A stretch of 61,629 nt of DNA, filler included, from Chiloscyllium plagiosum (lineage: Eukaryota): assembly GCF_004010195.1 (NCBI RefSeq). It is 5 parts of one record of this genome, joined end to end, with 100 filler letters (N's around TTAATTAATTAA, not from the genome) between each part and the next. Parts side by side here need not be neighbours in the genome. Positions count along the whole stretch, not along the records: positions 1 to 11,205 come from NC_057715.1; positions 11,306 to 37,536 come from NC_057715.1; 3 more parts are not named here. The stretch is one strand, 5' to 3'. Both the position numbers and the translations under genes were made by a program. This document shows positions 1 through 12,317 of the stretch, piece after piece. Below the pieces are notes generated by a model. The model was not told the DNA's origin and did no database searches. It worked only from the letters and a program-made list of their open reading frames with translations. Position 1 is the stretch's first letter, and each line of letters starts with the position of its first letter.

Positions 1-166
1 CTGTTTACATATAAACAAAAGGCCTCTCAAAATCCTTTTCACCTCTGCACCAAACTAGACTGATCGGAGTTCAGCCCAGTTTATTGCCCCTCTGAAAAAC
101 ATCAAGGACAGAGTCTCCTTGAGCCAAGGAACAGTTTTTAGGAAAAAGGGGGCTAGCTTTGTGACA
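1..166 (-). mobile_element. Partial solo LTR, truncated by the window start; duplicate of 9584-9749
   Basis: Identical to the right part of the LTR at 9117-9749. Ends TGTGACA followed by AGTG. Confidence 0.8.
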
Positions 167-530
167 AGTGGAATACAAGAAGGATCGATGCAGGGGCCAC
201 AATTATTTACAGCATATATAAAACTTTGGATGTGGTAAATGAATGTACTATAGCCAAGTTTCAAGATAACACAAAGTCTGCAGAAGGATCTAGACAAGTT
301 AATTGAGCGGGCGAAAACTTGGCAGATTGAACACGATATGGGAAAGTGTGAGGTTATGCACTTTGGCAGGAAGAATAGAGGAGCTGAATATGAATTAAAT
401 TGAGAAAGACAATGGAAAGCTACAGAACAGAGGGATTTTGGAATCTTCATGCATAAAGCAAAAAGCTAGCATGCAAGTTCAGTAGGCAATAGGGAAGGCA
501 AATGGAATATTGGCCTTTATTTCAAAGGAA
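167..530 (+). mobile_element. Degenerate CR1-clade LINE ORF2 (RT) fragment; duplicate at about 9750-10113
   Basis: Decayed CR1 RT-like sequence (G-P-Q-L-F; AKTWQI...GKCEVMHFGRKN) with stops and frameshifts. Confidence 0.7.
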
Positions 531-660
531 ATTTTATTTGAAGGCAACACCGGCATCTCTGCATCATTTTACAAACTGATATCCTAATAGCAAAGGAATA
601 ACAATTCTGTTTCTGCCCTGATTATGTTTTCTTTTTACCATTATTATACTTCTTTCACAG

Positions 661-763
661 AGGGCTTGCCACCAGAACAGAGCAGTAGGGAATGTATGCT
701 GATGATTTACCTAAGAGATGGTTCAAAACTGGCACTTAGTGCAGACAGTGCTGATGATGCATT
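661..763 (+). CDS. PLEKHB1: Internal exon of a PLEKHB1/PLEKHB2 (evectin)-like PH-domain gene
   Basis: Acceptor tctttcacag| and donor |gtaagt, 103 bp, phase 1 to 2. Translates GLPPEQSSRECMLMIYLRDGSKLALSADSADDAL, which matches from memory the evectin PH segment (..PPEG.SRD.LL...R.G..L.LCAE..DDAL). PLEKHB1 is preferred over PLEKHB2 because of the DDAL ending and human linkage to PPME1. Confidence 0.75.
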
Positions 764-1450
764 GTAAGTATATCACTCCCGATCTCATTCTCCATACAGA
801 AGATTTATGTATCAAACTTAATAAAATAATGTGTCCAATGAGTGTTATTGTGAACATGTTGTAAATCTATTAAGTCAGCCGCTGAGGGAAGCATGAATCA
901 CTTAGCATTGATTCACTCAAATATGGATTAGATTAATTTTAGAAAATTATATTTTGCAATACAGTATTTGAGACGAGATATGATAAGTTCAGTGTATTTG
1001 GCAGGAGCAGGTGACTATGTATTTCTACTTCTCAAAACTTTTTACCACTGGAGGTTTTCTTGTCTCACATCTTGTTCTGCTGATCATTAATTTATAAAGT
1101 TTGATTGCTTGAGTTAATCAACAACTCTCGTTATTGTTCTGTCACGTTCTGTCATGTTCTGTCATGTAGCTACAACAAGGGCAGAAAGCAAACAAATTGG
1201 TTTCCTTCCTATTTTCCAGATAGCTTCCTTGAATTTTTTGTGTATCACCAAACCACAGTTTATGCCATGATAGTACTACAGGGCAGGACAAGGAGATTGG
1301 CCTCAAAGCGATCTCAGGCAGAACAGGGATCAAACCCCATGCTGTTGGCATTTTAGTGAACCACGTAAAGTTCCTAGTCAACTAAACTACCTTGCACCCC
1401 TCTTTTGGTCTCACAGTTTCAATATTAATTGTCAGTAGACAATATTACAT

Positions 1451-1789
1451 TAGATTAGATTAGATTACATTACAGTGTGGAAACAGGCCCTTCGGCCCAA
1501 CAAGTCCACACCGACCCACCGAAGCGCAACCCACCCATACCCCTACATTTACCCCTTACCTAACACTAGGTTAGTGTTAAATTTAGCATGGCCAATTCAC
1601 CTGACCTGCACATCTTTGGACTATGGGAGGAAACCGGAGCACGAGGAAACCGGAGCACCCGGAGGAAACCCATGCAGACACGGGGAGAACGTGCAAACTC
1701 CACACAGTCAGTCGCCTGAGGCGGGAATTGAACCCGGGTCTCTGGCGCTGTGAGGCAGCAGTGCTAACCACTGTGCCACCTTGCCGCCC
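1451..1789 (-). mobile_element. tRNA-derived SINE (HE1/V-SINE-like); partial duplicate at 11034-11205
   Basis: On the minus strand it starts GGGCGGCAAGGTGGCACAGTGGTTAGCACTGCTGCCTCACAGCGCC, with A box and GGTTCAATTCC B box, and has an (AATCT)n tail. Confidence 0.85.
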
Positions 1790-2235
1790 ACTATGTTTGA
1801 TGATTGAAATTGCATGAAATCAAGGGGTTATAATAATAGGATTAAATCATGTAGTTGCCATAATGCTGCTAAAATATAGATTTTCAAAAAAATGTTGGGT
1901 GCAATAGTGAAGAGTTCATCTGCATTTTAAAGGAGGTGGTTCTGATTATGAGACTTAAGTTCTGAGTGCAAGACTGAAGACAAGGTTGCTTTAAAAAGAA
2001 ATTAAAAGTAAAATAATTTACCACATTATGCTAAATGATTCCTTTAAGTTGGTTACCTCCTACACTACAATGCAAACTGACATCCAAAACAAAAACTAGT
2101 ATATAATATAAACTTTGATTTTCAAACCACATTTGGTGTAGAGACTCATGATTTCCTTATAAATCTTGATATTGCCTGGTAAGAGAAGTTTTCTCATAAT
2201 CTCTTCAAAGTAATAAATGACTTCCCCAAAACAAT

Positions 2236-2995
2236 CAGGGCAGGGATTATGTACTTAAGGGTAGGGTCCTGGGGAGTATGGCAGTTCAAATTTCCTTGAA
2301 GGTGGAGTCACAGGTTAAACAGGGTCGTAAAGAAGTAAAGGTAGTAAAGGTAAAGGTAGAAGTAAAGGTAAAGGTATACTTGCCTTTTTTGGTCAGGGCA
2401 TTGAGTGTAAGAGTTGGGATGTCATGTTGCAGGACATTATGAGGCCACTTTCAGAATATTTCATTCAATTCTGGTCTCTCTGCTATAGAAAGATGTTGTT
2501 AAATTTGAAAGGGTTCAGAGAAGATTTACAAAGAGGTTGCCAGGGTTGGAGGGTTTGAGCTGTAGGAGAGGCTGAATAGGCTTGGGCTGATTTCCCTGGA
2601 TTGTCGAAAGCTGCAGAGTGGCCTTCTAGAGGTTTATGAAATCATGAGGGGCATAGATAGGGTGAATAGCCAAGGTCTTTTTCCCAGGATAGGGGAGTCC
2701 AAAACTAGAGGGTGCAGGTTTAAGGTGAGAGGGCAAAGATTTAAAAGGGACCTAAGGGGCAACTTTTTCACACAGAGGGTGGTGCATGTATGGAATGAGC
2801 TGCCAGAGGAAGTCATGGAGGTGGGTACAATTTCAACATTTAAAATTCACCTGGATGGTTACGTGAATAGAAAGGGTTTAGAGGGATATGGCTCAAATGC
2901 AGGCAAATGGGACTAGATCAGTTTGAGATATCTGGTTGGCATGGATGGGCTGGATCGAAGGGTCTGTTTCCTTGCTGTACATCTCTATGACTCAA
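2236..2995 (+). mobile_element. CR1-clade LINE 3' fragment
   Basis: ORF 2644-2916 (MRGIDRV..LFP...KTRG.RFKVRG.RFKRDLRGNFFTQRVV.VWNELPEEV) is the typical CR1 ORF2 C-terminus, followed by a 3'UTR ending CTCTATGACTC. Confidence 0.85.
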
Positions 2996-5514
2996 TAACA
3001 GGAGCAGACCCGTATGACCCCAAGATAGGCACGCAGCATCGGCTAGAAGAGCAGGTGAGAAACAGACCCTCCAGACAGGGAGTCATCATCTTCCAGAGAA
3101 GGAGAAAAGAGTATCTTGCGATAGGTAATGAATTTCAGTTTGAGAGTGAGAGGAAGGCTTCAAACATCACCTAATGGAACAGGCAAGAAAAGGGCACTTT
3201 GACAGGCAGTCAGAGTGGGAATGGCCTACAGGCCCCCAAATAGTAACTTCAACGTGGGATAAAGTATATAAGAAGAAATATTGAGTTCTTGTGAGAAAGG
3301 GACAGCAATAATTATGAATGATTTTAATCTACATTATAAGCTGGAAAAGTCAGGTTGACAGTAGCAATCTGGATGCAGAGTTTATAGAATGCTTTCAAGA
3401 CAGTTCCTTAGAGCAACACATTGTGGAACCAACCAGAGAGCAGCTTGTATTTCACTTGTTACTATGTAATGTGACAGGATTATTTAATAACTCAAATTAA
3501 ATGCACCCTTGATAGCAACTAACATAATGTGATTGAACTTTACAATGCATTTGAAAGGGGGAATATTGGGTCTAAGACTAGTATTTCAAACCTAAATCTG
3601 GGCAGCAATCTAATTTCTCATTTTTAGTTATAAAACATGGTAATCAATGCTGGGTTAGCAATTATTGCCCATTCCTAATTGCCTTTTGAGAAAGTGTTAG
3701 TGAGCTGCCTTCTTGAAATGCTTCAATCCCTTTGGAGTAGCTACCTCCACAATGCTATTAGTGATTGAGCCCCAGAATTTTAATGCAGATACTAAAGGAG
3801 CACCAAATATTTTCAGGGCAGGTGCTGAGGAGCTTGGAGGGGAGATTGCTGGCACTGGTGCTCCCATATATCTGCTGTCTTTGTCTGTCTAGGTGGTAAT
3901 GGTTGTGGATTTGAAAGGTGCTGTCTCAGGAGCATTTGTAAATTTCTGCAGTTCATTTATAGATGTATACAGTGCTGCTACTGACCAAGGGAATGAATGG
4001 TTGTGGATGTTGTAACAATCAAGTGGGCTGATTTGTCCTGGACAGTTTCTTAAGTGTTGCTGGAGCTGCACTCAACCAGGCAGTTGAGTGCCTAACACAC
4101 TCCTGACTTGTGTCTTTTAGCTGGCGAACAGATGTTGATGAGTCAGGAGTTGATTTGCTTGCTGCAGGATTCCTCAACTCTGACTGCTGATGTAGCCACT
4201 ATTTTTATCTTGCTAGTACATTTCATGGCATGAAAGCAAAGCTGGCAGAAGTGATTGGCATTTAAGACCATGAGATCAATAATGATGCAGTAGCAAACAT
4301 TTCAGGGGATGTTTCTGAATACTCAGTATATCTATTCATGCCATAAAAAAATATCTAAAGAGAGGACCCATCCATAGTTAACTAAAAGCGTGGGGTAAGC
4401 ATAAATCTTAAGGAAAATGCATATAACTGTGCAAAGAAAAGTGACCGGTCAGAATATTAGAAATGGCAGGGATGACCAAAAAATTAATTTGGAGGGAAAA
4501 TTAGAGTTTGGAAGAAACTAGCTAGGAATGTAAAAGCAGATGGTAAGAAGTGAAAGAGGCTCAGAAACTGGGAGGGGCGGGTGGGGGGAAGCATGGGATG
4601 AGGAGGACTCAGGACATTGGAGGAGAATGAATGATGATGAGGAGAACGCTGGAGCCAGGAGCCCATATTCCCTCTGTCTCCTTTCCTGGCTTTCCCCAGT
4701 ACCTGGGCCCTCCTTACCACCCCCTCTCCAACCCCAGTTTTCTATCAGATCCTGATCTTCCCCAGTTCTCTCAGTCACGCCCCCTCTCTCTTCATCAGCC
4801 CCATCCACAGTCCTGATTTCACCCCCCCATCTCAACTTAGAGCCAATTTGCCCCCAACTCCAGTCACATCCCTCCTGAAATCTACACATGCCTGATTCAA
4901 AGCGGCACACAGTGGTCATGTGTCAGTGTCAGCAAATGCAGCCTTCAGTAAAGTGAGTGTTGGTACTTCAGAGAATGAGAATAGGGAGTTAATATTAGAT
5001 ATTCTTTCTGCCAAAATGGATAGTTTCACATTCTTCCATGTAGTGCTCCATTTGCCATAGTTTTTCCCATGTATACAACCATCTGTATTCATTTATAGAC
5101 TTCCTATGCCCTCTCCACAACTTACTTTCCCACTCATTTTGCATCATCAGCAAATATAGCACTCATAGCTTCTGTCCCTTCATTCAAGTTATTTATGTAA
5201 ATTATAAAAAATTACAGCTGTAGCCCTCCACATAACATCATGCCAAACAGAAACTAATCAATTTATGAGTACTTTGTTCCTTGTTAGGTACCAATCTCTA
5301 TTTATGTCAATATGTTATCCCGTAGCTTTTAACTTCTGTAATGAAAAACTATCCTTTGTTTCCCAAGCTAGGAAGACTTTTTTTAAAAAACTACCACAGT
5401 TCCCACATTACTGTATTCTGACCTTTGTTAGAACCTGTACCTATCTGAATATCAGAATAGCAAAATTAGGTTTGGCTGTGATGCTTGACAATAGCCTGAC
5501 ATCTATTTTTAACT

Positions 5515-5760
5515 TTAATGTATGGTGCATATTCTTGGCATCACCTGTAAGGGCAGAATTCTGAATGAAGCAATCCTCTCAAAGGCAAACCTGCAATGTA
5601 TGTTGACGTTCATCAAACAGAGGCAACTTCGCTGGCTCAAGCATATTACATGTTGAAAGATGATTGTAAATCCAGGGATTTTCTGCATGATAAGGTAGCC
5701 AGAGGTAGAAGAATAGTAGTTCCAAAGTTTCATGGATACATCGGCTTTTGGAGGATGTGC
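5515..5760 (+). mobile_element. RTE-clade LINE RT C-terminal fragment (degenerate)
   Basis: Reads WCILGITCKGRILNEAILSKANLQCMLTFIKQRQLRWLKHI...DFLHDKVARGRR, resembling the RTE ILGI.W...NEEVL....RRLRWLGHV segment. Confidence 0.6.
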
Positions 5761-6156
5761 ACTACCATAATGATCAGTGGCTGCAGCTGCAAAGCAATAT
5801 GCAGCAACAATAGAAGTTACAACCCACTTGACACTTGATATCCATTTCATATGTGACACTTGGGAAAACCCTGCCGTTCACCATTGATTTATTTAGCTAT
5901 CAGCAAAAGTGCACTTTATGAATCTACCTCACCCCTAACAGAGCTGCTGCTTACCTGTTATAGAGTCATAGAGTTAAACAGTGCAGAAACAGACTCTTTA
6001 GTCCAATTAGTCCATGCTGACCAGATATCCTAAACTGATATATTCCCATTTGCCAGCATTTAGCCCATATCGCTCCAAACCCTTCCTATTCACATACCCA
6101 TCCAGATGCTTTTTAAATGTTTAAAATCACACAACGCCAGGTTATAGCCCAACAGG

Positions 6157-6656
6157 NNNNNNNNNNNNNNNNNNNNNNNNNNNNNNNNNNNNNNNNNNNN
6201 NNNNNNNNNNNNNNNNNNNNNNNNNNNNNNNNNNNNNNNNNNNNNNNNNNNNNNNNNNNNNNNNNNNNNNNNNNNNNNNNNNNNNNNNNNNNNNNNNNNN
6301 NNNNNNNNNNNNNNNNNNNNNNNNNNNNNNNNNNNNNNNNNNNNNNNNNNNNNNNNNNNNNNNNNNNNNNNNNNNNNNNNNNNNNNNNNNNNNNNNNNNN
6401 NNNNNNNNNNNNNNNNNNNNNNNNNNNNNNNNNNNNNNNNNNNNNNNNNNNNNNNNNNNNNNNNNNNNNNNNNNNNNNNNNNNNNNNNNNNNNNNNNNNN
6501 NNNNNNNNNNNNNNNNNNNNNNNNNNNNNNNNNNNNNNNNNNNNNNNNNNNNNNNNNNNNNNNNNNNNNNNNNNNNNNNNNNNNNNNNNNNNNNNNNNNN
6601 NNNNNNNNNNNNNNNNNNNNNNNNNNNNNNNNNNNNNNNNNNNNNNNNNNNNNNNN
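6157..6656. other. Scaffold gap (500 N)
   Basis: Run of 500 N. Confidence 0.99.
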
Positions 6657-7809
6657 TAGTATTACACAAGCACCAGCCTCATTATATCATCATGTCACAT
6701 CTCATATTCAGTTAGAGTACAGTTCACCTCTTCACTTTACAGCGTACCAACATGTTACATTGTAATGCTCCTAACAGGTGACTTTGCACACTGGGACAGG
6801 CACCCATCTCATAATAAATACTTGAAGGGTCAAGAACAATGGGGCACACTTTGAAAGTGAAAGGCAGGAGGTTTAGGGGAGCTTTGAGGGCATTTTATTT
6901 TACCTAGAGGATGATGGGGGTCTGGAATGTGTTGCCTGGGAGTTTAGGTGAGGTGGGTAGTCTCACAACATTTAAAACATACTTGATTGAACACTTCAAG
7001 TGTCATAACATTCAAGACAATGGCCCTAGTGCTGGTAAATTAAACTAGTATAGGTAATAGTGTGTTTAGTGGTCCAAACTCAATAGGCCTAAGGGCCTCT
7101 TCTGTACTGTATGATTCTATGAATAGGGTACCACCATAGGCCTCTTAGCTTGGTCTCTTAGCACTTTCACTTTTTACTTATTAAATACTCACAGTATCTC
7201 AGCCTTTTAAAGGGAAAAAAGGACGTAAGGATAAGTATTCATACAATTTAAAATGCATATTGAAAACTCTTTATCAAGATATCTGTATCACTGGCAGGGC
7301 CAATTTTTTTAAAAAAAGTCATTCATGGATCTAGACCAGCATTTATGCCAAGAGGGCAATTAAGAGTCAATCACATTCTATGGGCCTGAAGCTGCATGTA
7401 GGACCAACTGCATAAAGCAGAAAAAAGTGAGCACTGCAGATGTTGGAGGTCAGAAAAGTACAGCAGGGCAGGCAGCAGTTTTCTTTCTGAAAGGACATTA
7501 ATGAACCAGATGGGTTTTATGACAATTAACAGTGGGTATTTGATTGCCATTCAACTGGTTTTTCATTCCAGATTTCTACTAAATTAAAATGTCAAACTTT
7601 GAAGTTGTCCCCTGTAAATAAAGATCAAGAGAATTAATATATATCAGGAAAAACAAAAATCCCAACATCAACCCCTGGGGAACTCAAGAAGAAATAGCCC
7701 AAACAAAATCTTTTGACCATTACTCTCTATTTCCTAAATAAAAAACGAAAGAACTGCTGATGCTGTAAATCAGAAACAAAAACAAAAATTACTGAAAATT
7801 ACTGTGAAA

Positions 7810-8360
7810 TCTTTGGAATATTGTGCACAGTTATGGGCCCCATTTCTCAGGAAGGATGTACTGGCCCCAGAACTTGTTCACGAGAATGGTCCCAGGAATG
7901 AAAAGCCTAACATATGAAGAACACTTTGAGGACTCTGGGTCTAAACCCAATGAAGTTTAGCAAGATGAGGGGGGATCTAATTGAAACATACAGAATACTG
8001 AATGGCCTGGACACAGTAGATGTTGCGAAGAAGTTTCCACTGCTAGGAGAGACTAGGGCTCAAGGGCATAGCCTTCGAGTAAAGGAAAGAAATTTTAGAG
8101 CGGAGACAAAGAGCAACTTCTTCAGCCAGAGAGTGGTGAATCTACAGAATTTATTGCCACATAAGGCTGTGGAGGCCAGGTCATTGAGTATATTTAAGAC
8201 AGATGATAGGTTCTTGAGTATCAAGCGGACCAAGGGTTACGGGAAGAAAGCGGGTGAATGGGGTTGAGAAACATATCAGCCATGATTGAAATGGTGGAGC
8301 GGACTCAATGGGCTGAATGGCCTAACTTCTGCTCCTATGTTTGATGGTCTAATGGTCTAA
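7810..8360 (+). mobile_element. CR1-clade LINE 3' fragment
   Basis: ORF 7914-8267 (RGDLIETYRILNGLD...NFFSQRVVNL.N.LP), then a 3'UTR ending in ATGGTCT repeats. Confidence 0.8.
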
Positions 8361-9116
8361 GGGAAATCAGAGTTAATGGTTATGAGGATTGTTCACCAAA
8401 ACCAAAAAGTTAACTCTGATTTCTCTTCACAGATGCTGAGCTTTTCCAGCAATTTCTGTTTTTGTCACTCTCTATTTCCTATAAATTGGACAATGTTGTA
8501 TTTATATTGCAATTGTCCCTTTACGTCATGACCTATAAGTTTCCTTAGTCTGTCATGTGGCACCGTATCAAACATTCTCTGTAAATCCATGTATAACACA
8601 TCAACTGCATTACACACTTGATCTTTTCTGTTACTTCAAAACACTGCAGCAATTTAATTAAATACAAATCCCCCTTTAGACATCCATGCTGAATCTTAAT
8701 CAACCCACATTTTTTTCCATGAGATTACTAATTCTAGTTTGAGTAATTGTTTCTAGAAGTTTCCCCATCACTGAAGTTAGACTGACTGGTCTGTAATTGC
8801 TGGGATTGTCCTTGCAATCGTTTTTGATCAAGGCCACAAGGTTTGTAATTTTCCAGTCTTCAAGCATCTCCCCTGAGTCCAGTGAAGACTAAAAGATTAT
8901 GGATAGCGTACCTTCAATTTCTACCCTCATTTCCTTCAAAATCATTGGATACATTCCATCCAGTCCCAGCACCTTCTGAACAGTGAGTGGCAACAATCAT
9001 CCAAGAGATCTTCATTACTAACTCTGAATGATTCTGGTGATACAGTTTCCTCCTGTATAGAAGACAATGAGTTGGGAGAAGGGGATCATTTTCAGGGTGG
9101 TAACCTGCAAGTAGTG

Positions 9117-9749
9117 TGTTATGGACGAGGCCAGACCACTCTAAACGTTCTTAAGTAGGCAGCCCTCGACTTAACTTTGCAGTTTGTTTCAGTCTGTGTA
9201 CAATGAAAATTACCTAGACTAAGATAGCTAGGTTGACTACTAGATTTTAAAAGAGATAAAAAAATTTATTAACACAATTACACAAAGAACAGAATAAAGA
9301 ACTCCTACAGAACTCAACCTATCCAGCTAGACTTAATTATGCTGTTCTAAATGCACACAACAATCCAAATAAGCAAACTCTCTTTAAAAACCAATACAAA
9401 TGGAACACCTGCTTACAGATTGAAATTGAAGGGCAGAAAAGAGAGAGAGTTTCCTCACAGCTCCCTGTTGACCTGCCCAGTTCAAGACTGAAATAAAAAC
9501 TGCTCAGCTCAGCTCAGCAGACCACTCCCCTCTCTTTATACAGGTCACTTCTAAAGCATGACCACTTTGGCCTGAAGTCTCATCTGTTTACATATAAACA
9601 AAAGGCCTCTCAAAATCCTTTTCACCTCTGCACCAAACTAGACTGATCGGAGTTCAGCCCAGTTTATTGCCCCTCTGAAAAACATCAAGGACAGAGTCTC
9701 CTTGAGCCAAGGAACAGTTTTTAGGAAAAAGGGGGCTAGCTTTGTGACA
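9117..9749 (-). mobile_element. Solo LTR (about 633 bp) of the Gmr1-like gypsy family, inserted in a CR1 fragment
   Basis: TGTTATGG...TGTGACA termini with a 4-bp TSD AGTG (9113-9116 / 9750-9753). Colinear with the LTR at 58458-59087. Confidence 0.88.
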
Positions 9750-11205
9750 AGTGGAATACAAGAAGGATCGATGCAGGGGCCACAATTATTTACAGCATAT
9801 ATAAAACTTTGGATGTGGTAAATGAATGTACTATAGCCAAGTTTCAAGATAACACAAAGTCTGCAGAAGGATCTAGACAAGTTAATTGAGCGGGCGAAAA
9901 CTTGGCAGATTGAACACGATATGGGAAAGTGTGAGGTTATGCACTTTGGCAGGAAGAATAGAGGAGCTGAATATGAATTAAATTGAGAAAGACAATGGAA
10001 AGCTACAGAACAGAGGGATTTTGGAATCTTCATGCATAAAGCAAAAAGCTAGCATGCAAGTTCAGTAGGCAATAGGAAAGGCAAATGGAATATTGGCCTT
10101 TATTTCAAAGGAAATTTTATTTCAAGGCAACACCGGCATCTCTGCATCATTTTACAAACTGATATCCTAATAGCAAAGGAATAACAATTCTGTTTCTGCC
10201 CTGATTATGTTTTCTTTTTACCATTATTATACTTCTTTCACAGAGGGCTTGCCACCAGAACAGAGCAGTAGGGAATGTATGCTGATGATTTACCTAAGAG
10301 ATGGTTCAAAACTGGCACTTAGTGCAGACAGTGCTGATGATGCATTGTAAGTATATCACTCCCGATCTCATTCTCCATACAGAAGATTTATGTATCAAAC
10401 TTAATAAAATAATGTGTCCAATGAGTGTTATTGTGAACATGTTGTAAATCTATTAAGTCAGCCGCTGAGGGAAGCATGAATCACTTAGCATTGATTCACT
10501 CAAATATGGATTAGATTAATTTTAGAAAATTATATTTTGCAATACAGTATTTGAGACGAGATATGATAAGTTCAGTGTATTTGGCAGGAGCAGGTGACTA
10601 TGTATTTCTACTTCTCAAAACTTTTTACCACTGGAGGTTTTCTTGTCTCACATCTTGTTCTGCTGATCATTAATTTATAAAGTTTGATTGCTTGAGTTAA
10701 TCAACAACTCTCGTTATTGTTCTGTCACGTTCTGTCATGTTCTGTCATGTAGCTACAACAAGGGCAGAAAGCAAACAAATTGGTTTCCTTCCTATTTTCC
10801 AGATAGCTTCCTTGAATTTTTTGTGTATCACCAAACCACAGTTTATGCCATGATAGTACTACAGGGCAGGACAAGGAGATTGGCCTCAAAGCGATCTCAG
10901 GCAGAACAGGGATCAAACCCCATGCTGTTGGCATTTTAGTGAACCACGTAAAGTTCCTAGTCAACTAAACTACCTTGCACCCCTCTTTTGGTCTCACAGT
11001 TTCAATATTAATTGTCAGTAGACAATATTACATTAGATTAGATTAGATTACATTACAGTGTGGAAACAGGCCCTTCGGCCCAACAAGTCCACACCGACCC
11101 ACCGAAGCGCAACCCACCCATACCCCTACATTTACCCCTTACCTAACACTAGGTTAGTGTTAAATTTAGCATGGCCAATTCACCTGACCTGCACATCTTT
11201 GGACT
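9584..11205 (+). repeat. Near-identical duplicate of 1-1622
   Basis: Constant offset of 9583. Only two substitutions noticed (494 G/10077 A; 540 G/10123 C). Ends at a gap. Confidence 0.95.
10244..10346 (+). CDS. PLEKHB1: Second copy of the PLEKHB1-like PH-domain exon
   Basis: Identical to 661-763, including both splice sites. Confidence 0.7.
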
Positions 11206-11305
11206 NNNNNNNNNNNNNNNNNNNNNNNNNNNNNNNNNNNNNNNNNNNNTTAATTAATTAANNNNNNNNNNNNNNNNNNNNNNNNNNNNNNNNNNNNNNN
11301 NNNNN
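11206..11305. other. Artificial contig spacer 44N-TTAATTAATTAA-44N
   Basis: The same 100-bp structure recurs at 37537-37636, 45212-45311 and 55361-55460. The 12-mer gives stops in all six frames. Confidence 0.95.
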
Positions 11306-12030
11306 CCCCTGGTAACTCGACCCCACCCCCCCCCCCCCCCACCCCCCCCCTCACAAGTATCCCAAAACGGTATACTTGTTATTGAGGGAACGGCCGCAGA
11401 GGGTCCCTGCACTGGCTGCTTCCTCCCAGTCCCTCTCATTGTCACCCATCTGTCTGCAATCTTTGGAGTTACTACTTCCCTAAAGCTCCGATCTATGGCC
11501 CCCTCTGCCTCCCGAATGATCCTAAGTTCATCCAACTCCAGTTCCCTAACACTGTCTTGGAGGAGCTGGAGATGGGTGCACTTCCTGCAAGTGTAATCAG
11601 CATGGACGGCCATGGCATCACTCACCTCAAACATGTTGCAAGAGGAACATTGCACTGCCTTCACTGCCATCCCTCTAAAAGTAACCTTTTTTTAAAAAAA
11701 ACTAGGTCTAAAGAATAGAACAAGCAAAATGCAGCACTTACCTACTTACCACAACGGGTCTTATTATTAGGTTAGAGGAGGAGGGCGGGTGGGAGGCACT
11801 ACCTCTGTAGTGCCTCGGGTTCCTCTCCTGCGCGCTTTTATAGGAAAAAAAAACCTACCCAGGTAAGCTTGCGCTACACCAGCTTCTGACTGCCCCTCTG
11901 GTCATCGTCACTTCCCCCTGCGGCTCCCGCTCTTTCTGTGAAGAGAAAAAAAAACACCGCTGCCCGCTAAAACAAACTGTCTCACCTTAGCTGTAGCCTT
12001 CCGGGTTCGTTTAAACTCAGCTGCTGCTCG
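11306..12030 (-). mobile_element. 5' end of a CR1 LINE: 5'UTR plus ORF1 N-terminus (zinc finger/leucine zipper)
   Basis: ORF from 11670 (-): MAVKAVQCSSCNMFEV...YTCRKCTHLQLLQDSVRELELDELRIIREAEGAIDRSFREVVTPK. This is CxxC..CxxC plus a heptad, typical of CR1 ORF1. Truncated by the gap. Confidence 0.8.
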
Positions 12031-12194
12031 CACTGAAAATCACAAGCTTTTGGAGTGCTGCTCCTTTGTCAGGTGAAATGACTTGTGATTTCATATGAAC
12101 CTGTGTTGTGTGACTTTTGACTTTATGTTAGCATTGCTGGCCAGGCCAACATATTGTCTAATTGTCCAGCATGTAGTTTACTATTGGTTAGGAG

Positions 12195-12317
12195 AAAGTG
12201 AGGTCAGCAGATGCTGGAGATCAGAGCTGAAAATGTGTTGCTGGAAAAGCGCAGCAGGTCAGGCAGCATCTAGGGAACAGGAGAATCGACGTTTCGGGCA
12301 TAAGCCCTTCTTTAGGA
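12195..12317 (-). mobile_element. Short Penelope-derived terminal-repeat insertion with a decayed hammerhead motif
   Basis: 15-bp TSD ACTATTGGTTAGGAG (12180-12194 / 12318-12332). The sequence matches the Penelope 3' terminal repeat. Confidence 0.8.

Noticed and set aside
2331..2376. (TAAAGG)n-like run
   Set aside because: Short degenerate slippage repeat inside a CR1 fragment. Not telomeric TTAGGG.
6117..6669. Long ORFs running through N gaps (also the 5' part of 51666-52460, 11058-11261 and 45073-45267)
   Set aside because: Open only because N codons cannot be read as stops.
11250..11261. TTAATTAATTAA as a biological palindrome or homeodomain site
   Set aside because: Always centred in exactly 44+44 N, so it is a synthetic linker.
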